NCBI GenBank assembly: GCA_044223005.1
Contig: JBGAML010000030.1
Coordinates: forward strand, 1-18,266
DNA length: 18,266 nt
DNA from: Candidatus Eiseniibacteriota bacterium
GTDB lineage: Bacteria > Eisenbacteria > RBG-16-71-46
Direction of reading: 5' to 3'
Shown here piece after piece: positions 1 to 8,424 of the stretch. The position numbers and the translations under genes are program-made. Under the pieces are notes generated by a model, which did not search any database, was not told the origin of the DNA, and saw only the letters and a list, made by a program, of their open reading frames with translations. Within the stretch, counting starts at the first letter, position 1. Every line of letters begins with the position of its first letter.

Positions 1-1674
1 GTGCGCGCCCGCGACGATGTCGCCGTAACCGTCGCCGTTCACGTCCTGGCCCATCGAGAGCGAGATGCCGAACTGGTCGTTGTCCTGGACGCCGAAGCAC
101 TGCAGCGCGGGCGTGGCGGAGATGCCATCGGCGCTGCCGAAGTAGAGTTGTACGCGGCCGCAATCGACGTAGCCGAGACCGTCCGCGAGCGGCGAGCCGA
201 TGGCGACGTCGTCGAAGCCGTCGCCGTTCACGTCACCAGTCGCGATCGACCAGCCCGCGAGAGCCTGATCCTCGGCGCCGAGGCGTTCGGTCGCGGCCGT
301 GGGTGGGTCCGCGTGACCGTAGTAGAGCATGAGCGCGCCAGTGCCGTTGTAGGGCAGGCCGACGATCATGTCGCCGAATCCGTCGCCATTCACGTCACCC
401 GCGGCGCTGACCGAATGCGCGGCCACGCCGCCGTAGGACGCCACGACCGGGGCGTAGGCGGACGGCAACGAGTTCCGCCTGCCTCTTCGCAGGGTGATGA
501 CGGAAGAGACGCCGTTGAACTCTCCGTAGACAGGGTCGGCCACGCCGTCCCCATTGAAATCACCTGCGGTGAACGATATCGCTCCGAACTCGGTCCATGA
601 ATCCTTGAAGTCGCCGATGGCCGTCCCCAGGGGGCCCAGCGGCCCGCCCAGATTGAGAGCAACGAGGCTGAACTGAGCCGCGGGCGGTCCCAGGTAATCG
701 TAGTACGGATCGGAGATCCAGTAGTCGGCGTAGCCGTCCGCGTTGATGTCACCCGCGGGTCGCAACCGCACGGTGTGAGGGAGCTCGATCGAGAACGCCG
801 GCGAGAGGACCGGACCGGCGCTCCCTCCCAGGAAGACCCGGCCCTGTGCCGGGAACGCATCGTCCACGTCGCTGCCGACTCCGAAGTCGTCGAACCCGTC
901 GCCGTTCACGTCGCCCAGTCCCGCGACGTTGATTCCGACGCCTTCGAACAACAGCCCGGTGTAGGTCCACGCGCCGATCGTGGTGAGTCCCGTCGCCGAG
1001 CCGTAGTAGAGGATGGCGGAGCCCGGCGTGAGGCCCGCCGCGTCTCCCACGACGACGTCGTCATAACCGTCCCCGTTGACGTCTCCTGCCGTGCACACGG
1101 ACGCGCCGAACGCGGCACCACCGCTCTGCGTGAAGCTTGGGCTCGTGGCGAGACCGCCGGGGCCGCCATGGAACACCTCGACGAGGCCCGGGCCACCGCC
1201 GTCGATCACGCTGCCCGCGCCGATCACCACGTCGTCGTAGCCGTCGTTGTTCACGTCGCCCGCGGCCGAGACCTGCGCCGGATGCGTGTAGGTCGAGCGC
1301 ACCCATCCCGGCGGCTGCACGGGCCCGTTCGCCGAGCCGTAGTAGAGCGCGACGGACCAGGCGGAGATCGTGCCCGGAGTCGCCGTGCTGGCGAGGAAGT
1401 CCGCGTAGCCGTCGCCGTTGACGTCGCCTGCCGCCGACACGCTCAAGCCCCAGCCGTCCGTTCCGGTGATGTTCGGGAGGATCGTGAGCGGGGTTCCGAT
1501 CGTGGCGGTGACCGCTTCCTCATGGAGCGGCACGATGGGCGAAGAACGGCCGAGGCGTTCCAGGAACTGCCCGGGCGGGAGCGCTTCGGCGGCGACATTC
1601 GAGGCGCCCGGTGAAGCGGCGATCAGGGCGAGCGCCATGGCGGCGCTCGAGGTGATTCGTCGGAGAGCATTCAT
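1..1674 (-). CDS. Secreted FG-GAP / integrin-alpha-type beta-propeller repeat protein (3'-partial, at least 558 aa, runs off window start)
   Basis: Not in the ORF track because there is no stop in the window. Manual translation from ATG at 1674 (GGAGGA RBS at 1683-1688) gives MNALRRITSSAAMALALIAASPGASNVAAE (signal-peptide-like), then nine Ca-binding motifs: GDVNGDGYAD, GDVNNDGYDD, GDVNGDGYDD, GDVNGDGFDD, GDINADGYAD, GDFNGDGVAD, GDVNGDGFGD, GDVNGDGFDD, QDVNGDGYGD. FG and G-x-P elements are also present (FGASV, AIGSP, VGLP, FGISL). The + ORFs 1..600 and 775..1614 are its antisense shadows. Confidence 0.92.
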   Translation of the reverse strand, partial: MNALRRITSSAAMALALIAASPGASNVAAEALPPGQFLERLGRSSPIVPLHEEAVTATIGTPLTILPNITGTDGWGLSVSAAGDVNGDGYADFLASTATPGTISAWSVALYYGSANGPVQPPGWVRSTYTHPAQVSAAGDVNNDGYDDVVIGAGSVIDGGGPGLVEVFHGGPGGLATSPSFTQSGGAAFGASVCTAGDVNGDGYDDVVVGDAAGLTPGSAILYYGSATGLTTIGAWTYTGLLFEGVGINVAGLGDVNGDGFDDFGVGSDVDDAFPAQGRVFLGGSAGPVLSPAFSIELPHTVRLRPAGDINADGYADYWISDPYYDYLGPPAAQFSLVALNLGGPLGPLGTAIGDFKDSWTEFGAISFTAGDFNGDGVADPVYGEFNGVSSVITLRRGRRNSLPSAYAPVVASYGGVAAHSVSAAGDVNGDGFGDMIVGLPYNGTGALMLYYGHADPPTAATERLGAEDQALAGWSIATGDVNGDGFDDVAIGSPLADGLGYVDCGRVQLYFGSADGISATPALQCFGVQDNDQFGISLSMGQDVNGDGYGDIVAGAH

Positions 1675-2123
1675 GGCGTGGTTCCTCCGGGAGGATTCGT
1701 GGGCCTACACCCCCTCGAATCCCGGAACACGCCTGGCGTCACAGGGGAATCGCAACCCTCCCCTCGACGGGGCGTCCGATCCCTCGCTGCGTGCGCCGGC
1801 CTTCGTGGAATGTCCACCGGAGCGATGGCGCGAAGCCCGCACCCGCGCGCCGGGGCCCGCGCGGGACCCACCTCGCGAGAGCGAGCGAGTCGCTCGACGG
1901 TTACGACGCCCTTCCGAAGTCGCGGGTGGTCCTGGGGCAGCCGTGGACGTTTCGCCGAGCGCTCAGCGCGCGGGCAGTCCGGCGCGGCGGCCGCCAGGGC
2001 CTGCGCCCGGGCGATTCCCGCCCGCGGGCTCGCCGCGGCTGCGTGGGGTGTGAGGCCGAAGAAGACAGCGGTCAGCGTGGCGAGCAGCAGGAACGCGTGC
2101 TTGGAGCGGCGGTCGGTCGGCAT
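1671..2123 (-). CDS. Hypothetical protein with N-terminal signal-peptide-like segment (150 aa)
   Basis: MPTDRRSKHAFLLLATLTAVFFGLTPHAAAA resembles a Sec signal. Its TGA overlaps the FG-GAP ATG (ATGA, 1671-1674). The C-terminal half is Arg/Pro-rich and non-coding-like, and the RBS is weak. Confidence 0.4.
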   Translation of the reverse strand: MPTDRRSKHAFLLLATLTAVFFGLTPHAAAASPRAGIARAQALAAAAPDCPRAERSAKRPRLPQDHPRLRKGVVTVERLARSREVGPARAPARGCGLRAIAPVDIPRRPAHAARDRTPRRGEGCDSPVTPGVFRDSRGCRPTNPPGGTTP

Positions 2124-2241
2124 GCGGGGCCCCCGTGGATGGGCGGTCCGTGATTCCGAACCGTCGATCCGCGAAGGTCCCCGGCGTCACAGGCGATTCG
2201 CGACCGCCCCGGATTCCCCGGGCCGGGCGCCGTCCCGCCGT

Positions 2242-2550
2242 TCAGTCCCGTGCGTCGTTGGTGACCAGGACCACCGTGCCGTAGGGCGCCGTCGTCTCGA
2301 CCCAGCGGTCGTCGCCGCCCCAGCCCACGACGCGGGCGCGGAGGAAGCCGCCCTCGGTCGACTTGGTGAAGGTCGCGGCGCCACCCGAGCGGGCCGTGTA
2401 GGTGGTGCAGCCGGTGCCCGCGACCGAGTGGTCCTCGACGAAGCCGGACCACGACGTGTCCGACTGGACTTCATATTTGGTGGTACAGCCGCCGGCCACG
2501 ACGGCCAGCAGGATCAGCGCGATCGAGGTGAAGCGACGGGTGCTCGACAT
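2242..2550 (-). CDS. Small putative lipoprotein (102 aa), unknown function
   Basis: ATG at 2550 with GGAGG RBS at 2556-2560. MSSTRRFTSIALILLAVVAGG-C has a basic n-region, hydrophobic h-region and lipobox-like cysteine. The mature part looks beta-rich. The track start (2700) is over-extended. Confidence 0.75.
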   Translation of the reverse strand: MSSTRRFTSIALILLAVVAGGCTTKYEVQSDTSWSGFVEDHSVAGTGCTTYTARSGGAATFTKSTEGGFLRARVVGWGGDDRWVETTAPYGTVVLVTNDARD

Positions 2551-2829
2551 GGCGGCCTCCGAAGAACGAAGTGGTGAGGGATGCCTCCGTGTCTCTGCAT
2601 GGATCGGGCCGATCCACGACCGCGGTGGGCGGCGCCCACGAACGCGGTGCGCGCGCGCGATGCGTCGCTGCGCCGCCACGGCGTGTCGCCGCCGCGCCAC
2701 GGCGGCGTGATCGGGAGTACGAGCGGCGGCCGGGGTTACCGGCGCGAGAGGCCCGCGGCCTCGCCTTCGGCTGCGCGGCGACGTTCGTGCTCTCGCGTCG
2801 CAACGCGTGAGCTCCGCCGCACGGCCGGG

Positions 2830-3717
2830 TCAGACCGCGCGGCCGTCCTTCGCCTTCGCGATCCAGTCGCGCGCCGACGCCAGGTCGCGGCGCGCGTTCT
2901 GGAAGTGGCGCGTCGATTCGAAGGCGTAGGGCGGCCGGTCGCCGCTCGTGACGGGACTGGCCACCGCGTCGAGTTCGCCCAGGGCCCGCGTCGCGCTGTC
3001 CCACGCGAACCTCACGCGCATCGACGACTGCGCATCGGGCGCTTCGCCGAGCGAGCGGCGAAGGTCGGCGATGCCGGACTGCCACCGGGGTGCCCAGGCC
3101 TGCCAGTCTGCGCGCACGTTCGGGTCGACCGAGCCTTCCGGGCGCGGCTCGCCGAGCCGGCCGACTTCGCGTTCTCCGCGTTCCGCCTGCGCGTCGATCC
3201 GGTCGACCACCGCCGCGATCGCGTTCGCGCGCGCGAGGTCGTCCACCGAGAGCGCGGTGCGAGGTTCCACGGCGGGCGCCACGGGATCGGTTTCGCTGAA
3301 ACGGAACCACGACGCATCGTCGAACGTGTTCGAGCGGATGCGCATCCAGTTGTTGCGGATGCGCTCGAGGTCGGAGCCACGGAGATCCCCGAGGCCGCGC
3401 GTGATCGCGGCGAGTGTCCGGAGTTCGCGGGCGCTGAAGTGCGCCATGTGGCTGTCGCGACTGCCCACCGACCTGGCGAGTTCCTCGAACGCCGACGCGA
3501 GCTGAATGCGCTGTTCCATGCTGAGCGGCCCCGGTGCGAAGAGCTCCGCTTCGATCGTGGCGATCGGAGCGCGGTAGTCCGCCGAAGCGAGCCCGGGTTC
3601 GCCGTGCGTGGCACCGAGGATGCCCTCGGAGGTGTGAAGCGCATGGTAGGCCGAGCCCATGGCGAACAGGATCACACCGGCGGCGACGAGGTTGCGGACG
3701 CGAAGCAGCTGGATCAT
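2830..3717 (-). CDS. Hypothetical N-terminally anchored or exported, mostly alpha-helical protein (295 aa)
   Basis: ATG at 3717 preceded by GGGAGG. N-terminal hydrophobic stretch NLVAAGVILFAMGSAY, protein-like composition with amphipathic helices. No family recognised. Confidence 0.75.
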   Translation of the reverse strand: MIQLLRVRNLVAAGVILFAMGSAYHALHTSEGILGATHGEPGLASADYRAPIATIEAELFAPGPLSMEQRIQLASAFEELARSVGSRDSHMAHFSARELRTLAAITRGLGDLRGSDLERIRNNWMRIRSNTFDDASWFRFSETDPVAPAVEPRTALSVDDLARANAIAAVVDRIDAQAERGEREVGRLGEPRPEGSVDPNVRADWQAWAPRWQSGIADLRRSLGEAPDAQSSMRVRFAWDSATRALGELDAVASPVTSGDRPPYAFESTRHFQNARRDLASARDWIAKAKDGRAV

Positions 3718-3885
3718 GCGGGGCCTCCCGTGCAGGGGGACGAGGGCGACGGATCGCAGGGGTTATCGGCCGGCACGGCAGGGGAGTCCATGGCGTCCGG
3801 AGGTCGCCCGGCGCGCCGCGAAACTCGCTCACGATCGCCCGGCACGCGGTGCGAGATCCCGGCGCTTCGGCGGCAAGCACGCGCG

Positions 3886-4343
3886 ATGTCGCCCGTACGC
3901 GCCCGGGGCGAGGCCGTGCTGGAGCTTGTCGTCCGCTACCACGAGGGAATGCGCGAGCGCCGGCTCGCGCCGGCGACCACCTCGCGCGAGATCCGCGCCG
4001 CCTTCGACCGCGTCCTGCCCGAGCAGGGCGTGGGACTGGAGACGACCCTCAGTGAGTTCGAGATCGAGCGTCTCGCGGTGGAGTGGATCCCGCAGAGGAT
4101 CGGGGCGGACCCGGCCGGGGGTGGCGTGTTCGTGAGCGGGGGCTCGATGGCGAACTTCTCGGCGCTCGCCACCGCGCGCCGGATGAAGGCGCCCATCGAC
4201 GTCGCCCACGCGGGCGCCCACGCGCCGTCGCGGGCCGCTTCGTGCTGCGCGCGTGCACCATGAACCACCGCACGACGCTCGCCGACATGGACGTGCTGCT
4301 CTCGGACGTCAGGCGGATCGCGGCGGGACTGGGCGAGTTCTAG
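3886..4343 (+). pseudogene. Internally deleted, frameshifted group II pyridoxal-dependent decarboxylase (aromatic-L-amino-acid/glutamate decarboxylase family) remnant
   Basis: The frame from ATG 3886 gives N-terminal family features (VLELVVRYHEGM...FDRVLPEQG, EIERLAVEWI, GGGVFVSGGSMANFSALATAR). A different frame from about 4224 gives the family C-terminus GRFVLRACTMNHRTTLADMDVLLSDVRR ending at TAG 4341-4343. Only about 150 codons are present versus roughly 450-500 aa typical. No H-K PLP-lysine motif. Confidence 0.82.
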
Positions 4344-7300
4344 ACGGTCGGAGGGGCTGCGGCGTCGAGCACCTCGCGCACGGTGTGTGCGAGTTCGGAC
4401 GGGCGGAACGGCTTGTGCAGAAAAGGCACGTCCGAACGGTGGATCCCCTCGCGGAGGACCTCGTCCTCCGTGTAGCCCGAGATCAGCAGCACCCGCACCG
4501 ACGGCCGCTCGGCCTGGAGCCGCTGCACGAGTTCCCGGCCGCCCATGACCGGCATGAGGACGTCGGACACGACGAGGTCGATCGTCCCGGCGTGGCGCCC
4601 GGACGCCTCCAGCGCCTCGCGACCGTTCGCGGCCTCGAGCACGGTGTAGCCCTTCTCCTCGAGAATCGTGCGCGCCAGTCGGCGGATCGCGTCCTCGTCC
4701 TCGACGAGCAGCACCGTTTCGTCGCCCCGGGAGAAGTCGCTCCTCGGTTCCTCGACGACCGGGGTCGGTGCCGGTGCGCTCGCTTCGCAGGGGAGGTGGA
4801 TCGTGAACGTCGCGCCCCGCCCCGGCGCCGAACGGACGCTGATCCTGCCGCCGCTCTGCTCGATGATGCCGCTCACCGTCGCCAGGCCGAGTCCCGTGCC
4901 TTCGCCGGTGGGCTTGGTGGTGAAGAAGGGCTCGAAGCATCGTGCCAGCGTCTCGGGCGACATGCCGATGCCGTCGTCCTCGACGCGCAGCCGGACGAAG
5001 CGTCCGGCCGCGAGATCGGCCGTGGCGGAATCGGCAGCGGTCACCTCGATCGGCGCCGTCGTGATCCGGATGTGTCCGGGGCCGGCGATGGCGTCGCGCG
5101 CGTTGAGCGTGAGGTTGAGGATGACCTGGCTGATCTGTCCCGGATCGGCGCGCACCCACTGCGGCTCGGTGTCCAGGTCCAGCTCGAGCGTGATGTTCTC
5201 GCCGACGAGCCGCCGCAGCATGGACGCCATGTCGTGGAGGACGATGTTGAGGTCGAGGTGTCGCGGCTGCATCACCTGACGGCGGCTGAAGGCGAGCAAC
5301 TGGCGCGTGATCGCCACCGCACGGTCGGCGGCGGACCGGATCTGCAGCGCCTCGTCGTGCGCCCGGTGCTGCTCGGTCAGGCCGAGGAGCATCAGGTCGG
5401 CGTAGCCGATGATCACGGTGAGCAGGTTGTTGAAGTCGTGGGCGACGCCGCCGGCCAGCCGGCCGATGGCTTCCATCTTGTGCACCTCGCCGAGCCGCTG
5501 GTCGGCGAGGCGCAGCGCCTGCTCGGCCGCGCGGTGGCGCGTCTCGTCGCGGATCGCGAGCAGGATCAGGTCGAGGCCGCGCAGCCGGCGCGCCGTCAGC
5601 AGCACCGTGCGCGGCGCCGCATTCGGGGCCTCGGTCCCGAGTTCGAGCTCTTGGAAGAGTTCCTCGAGGTGCGCGCCGGCACTGAACCCACCACGCACGA
5701 CGGGCACGTTCCATGCGCCGCCGTCCAGCTGGAACAGCGAGCGGCCGATCGTCGCCTCGGGTGTCGAGCGCGAGAACTCGTAGTACGCGAGGTTCGCGCT
5801 TCGCACCGTGAGATCCTCCGCGAGCACCACGAGCGGCTCGGGGATCGTGGCCACGATGGCGTCCGTCAGGTCCTGCGCGTGCTGGAGCTCGGTGTTGCGC
5901 GACTCCAGTTCGGCGTTGACCGTAACCAGCTCCTCGTTCGTGGCCTGTAGCTCTTCCTTGGTCGTTTCGAGTTCCTCGTTGATGCTCTGGAGCTCCTCGG
6001 AGTTGGAGAGCGCTTCCTCGGTGGCGCTCTGGCTCTCCTCGAGACGCTCCTCGTGTTCCTCCATCAGCGCCGAGATCTGTTCGCGGATGTCGGCGAGCTC
6101 GCGGCGCAGGTCGCGGATCTGCTGGTCCCTCGCTTCGAGGAGCGCCGTCGCACTCGGATCGGCGGCGCCCGCGGCGGGGCGATCGTCCGCGGCCGAATCC
6201 GGCTCGAAGAGCACCATCGTCAACGCGGTTTCGCCGGCGCCCAGCGGCACGGCCTCAATCGCAACCGTGGCCTCGCGGTCACCGAGCGTCACCGGGACCT
6301 GCTCTGCGCGCACGACCGCGCCGCGTTCCTGCGACTCGCGCAGCACCGCGGCCAGGCGGCTCGAAAGTCCCGATCGCCGGGCCATGCGTAGCAGGCCCGC
6401 GCCGAGCTTGCCCGGACGGAACTGCAGGTAGGGGCCGACGTCGCCGCGCACGTCGATCACTTCCAGCTGGCGATCCACGATCACCGCCGCGGGCACGTAC
6501 CTCGCGAGCAGCATGCGATCGGCCTGCGCGCGGAGCGTGAGCCGCGTCGATCCCCGGCCGACGGCCGCGCGCGGTTCGCGATCGTCGCCGCCGGGCGCAC
6601 TCGCCGAGCGGCGGCTCGCCGGGCTGCTCGGGCGGGGGCGCGCGACGTCGCGGCGCGCGAAGATGCGGGCGCCGCCGTCGACCGGCGCAAAGAGGTCCGA
6701 GCTGAAGAGCGCGGTTTCCGCGCTGCCCAGCAGCAGGAACCCGTTCGGCAGGAGCGCGTAGTGGAAGATGCCGAAGATGCGCGGCTGCAGCGCCGGGAGG
6801 TAGATGAGCAGGTTGCGGCAGCTGATGAGGTCCAGCTTGGAGAAGGGCGGATCGTTCGCGAGGTCGTGCTCGGCGAACACGCACATCTCGCGCAGTGCCT
6901 TGCCGACCTGGAAGGAATCTCCGGCGCGGACGAAGAACCGTTCCAGCCGCTCGGCCGAGACGTCCTCGGCGATGCGTGCGGGGTAGATGCCGGCGCGCGC
7001 GGTGGCGATCGCCGTCGGCGTGATGTCCGTGGCGAAGATCTGCACTGGATGCGTCACGCCGGCGCGTTCGCGGTACTCCGCGATCGAGATGGCGATCGAG
7101 TAGGCCTCCTCACCGGTCGCGCAGCCCGGCACCCACACGCGGATCGGCTCCCGCGGCGAGCGGGTGGCAAAGAGCGCGGGGAACACGTGGGCCTGGAGCG
7201 CCGCGAAGGCCTCCGGATCGCGGAAGAAGCTCGTGACCTGGATGAAGATGTCGCGGCTCAGCGCCTCGAGGTCGGCGCGGCTCGAGCGCAGCCGGCGCAC

Positions 7301-8170
7301 CAGTTCAGCGAGCGTCGGGACGGACATCAGCTCCATGCGCCGCAGGATCCGCCGTCGCACCGTGGACTGGCGGTAGGTCGAGAAGTCCACGCCGACCGCC
7401 TGGTGCAGCAGCACGAAGATCTCCTGCAGCGCGCTCTCGTCGGCGCCGTCGCCAGCGTCGCCCGTCGCGGTCCCCGATGGCCGGGCGACGGAGGCGAGGC
7501 GCACGATCTCGCGTGCGATCTCCTCGGGGGGCTGCACGAAATCCGCATGGCCCGAGGCGGACGCGTTGCGCGGCATGGTCGTGAACTGGGCGCTGGCTTC
7601 GTCCTGCGCGAACGTGATCCCGCCGCGTTCCTTGATCGCGGAGAGCCCGCGCATGCCGTCGGCGCCCGTGCCGGAGAGCACGACGCCGACCGCGCGCGGC
7701 CCCTGGTCCGCCGCGAGCGATTCGAAGAACTCGTCGATCGGCAGGTTGGGCGCCGGGTATGCGCGGCGGTGCGCGAGGTGGAGCACCCCGCCTGAGATCC
7801 ACATCATCGCATCGGGGGGCAGCACGTGGACGCGTGCGGGCTCCACGCGCATGCCGTTCTCTGCATTCACGACTTCCAGTGACGTGTGCCGGGCGAGCAG
7901 CGTGGCGAGCATGCTCTCGTGAGCGGGGGCCAGATGTTGAAGGAGCACGAAGCCTGCTCGCGTGTCCGCCGGAAGCGTCTCGAGCAGCCGGCCGAATGCC
8001 TCGAGCCCGCCCGCCGACGCACCGACGCCGACGATCAAGGATGGGGCGGAGTCCTCGGGACCGGTGCCTCGTGGCGCGTCTGCGGAGGCGTCACGCGTCG
8101 AGCCCGGCGATGGAGGACCACGACGGCTCCGGGGCTTGGAGGCTCCGCTTCGTCGGCGCTCCGGGCTCAC
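4340..8170 (-). CDS. CheB methylesterase - CheR methyltransferase - PAS - coiled coil - PAS - histidine kinase - receiver hybrid (about 1276 aa)
   Basis: CheB triad motifs GASAGG, LQHL, SGTGADG. CheR motifs VTSFFRD, RVWVPGCATGEEAYS, IFATDI, DLISCRNLLIY. Coiled coil EELQSINEELETTKEELQATNEEL. HisKA LAGGVAHDFNNLL. HATPase NLTLNARDA, EDDGIGM, FEPFFTTK, GTGLGL. REC LLVEDE, SDVLMP, ISGY, LHKPF. Preferred start is GTG at 8170 with GGAGG 5 nt upstream (track start 8296). Confidence 0.95.
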   Translation of the reverse strand: MSPERRRSGASKPRSRRGPPSPGSTRDASADAPRGTGPEDSAPSLIVGVGASAGGLEAFGRLLETLPADTRAGFVLLQHLAPAHESMLATLLARHTSLEVVNAENGMRVEPARVHVLPPDAMMWISGGVLHLAHRRAYPAPNLPIDEFFESLAADQGPRAVGVVLSGTGADGMRGLSAIKERGGITFAQDEASAQFTTMPRNASASGHADFVQPPEEIAREIVRLASVARPSGTATGDAGDGADESALQEIFVLLHQAVGVDFSTYRQSTVRRRILRRMELMSVPTLAELVRRLRSSRADLEALSRDIFIQVTSFFRDPEAFAALQAHVFPALFATRSPREPIRVWVPGCATGEEAYSIAISIAEYRERAGVTHPVQIFATDITPTAIATARAGIYPARIAEDVSAERLERFFVRAGDSFQVGKALREMCVFAEHDLANDPPFSKLDLISCRNLLIYLPALQPRIFGIFHYALLPNGFLLLGSAETALFSSDLFAPVDGGARIFARRDVARPRPSSPASRRSASAPGGDDREPRAAVGRGSTRLTLRAQADRMLLARYVPAAVIVDRQLEVIDVRGDVGPYLQFRPGKLGAGLLRMARRSGLSSRLAAVLRESQERGAVVRAEQVPVTLGDREATVAIEAVPLGAGETALTMVLFEPDSAADDRPAAGAADPSATALLEARDQQIRDLRRELADIREQISALMEEHEERLEESQSATEEALSNSEELQSINEELETTKEELQATNEELVTVNAELESRNTELQHAQDLTDAIVATIPEPLVVLAEDLTVRSANLAYYEFSRSTPEATIGRSLFQLDGGAWNVPVVRGGFSAGAHLEELFQELELGTEAPNAAPRTVLLTARRLRGLDLILLAIRDETRHRAAEQALRLADQRLGEVHKMEAIGRLAGGVAHDFNNLLTVIIGYADLMLLGLTEQHRAHDEALQIRSAADRAVAITRQLLAFSRRQVMQPRHLDLNIVLHDMASMLRRLVGENITLELDLDTEPQWVRADPGQISQVILNLTLNARDAIAGPGHIRITTAPIEVTAADSATADLAAGRFVRLRVEDDGIGMSPETLARCFEPFFTTKPTGEGTGLGLATVSGIIEQSGGRISVRSAPGRGATFTIHLPCEASAPAPTPVVEEPRSDFSRGDETVLLVEDEDAIRRLARTILEEKGYTVLEAANGREALEASGRHAGTIDLVVSDVLMPVMGGRELVQRLQAERPSVRVLLISGYTEDEVLREGIHRSDVPFLHKPFRPSELAHTVREVLDAAAPPTV

Positions 8171-8424
8171 GCGAACCTCCGTCAGGAAGGGGACCCCGGT
8201 GTTCGCGGGACAGTGGAGATGCCCCACATCGTGCCGCATCCGAGGGTCGTGGGGGACTGTCGGTGTGGACAGTACGGCTTCTCCGGCAACCCGCACAATC
8301 GAAGCCTGCCTCGTTCATCGCCGGGAGAGCGGCGGGCCGTGCTGCCATCCGGCCGCCGAATCGGCATCCGTTGCACCCAAACGGCACGCTCGTGTCGCGA
8401 CGAGCGAGACCTGGGCCGGCTTCC

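Noticed and set aside
31..1425. Recurring DNA motif GTCGCCGTTCACGTC at roughly 160-190 bp spacing, superficially array-like
   Set aside because: The copies are degenerate, in frame and encode the Ca-binding loops. Spacing and length do not fit a CRISPR array, and there are no cas genes.
1..1614. Plus-strand ORFs 1..600 and 775..1614 with repeated VAVHV motifs
   Set aside because: They are exact antisense-frame shadows of the DVNGD repeats of the minus-strand FG-GAP gene.
1842..1865. Hairpin CCCGCGCG-N8-CGCGCGGG
   Set aside because: An all-GC 8-bp stem without a U-tract is expected by chance at this GC content.
2581..4263. 560-aa plus-strand ORF
   Set aside because: It is a chimera of the antisense shadow of 2830..3717 and the decarboxylase remnant. 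Only 3886 onward looks coding.
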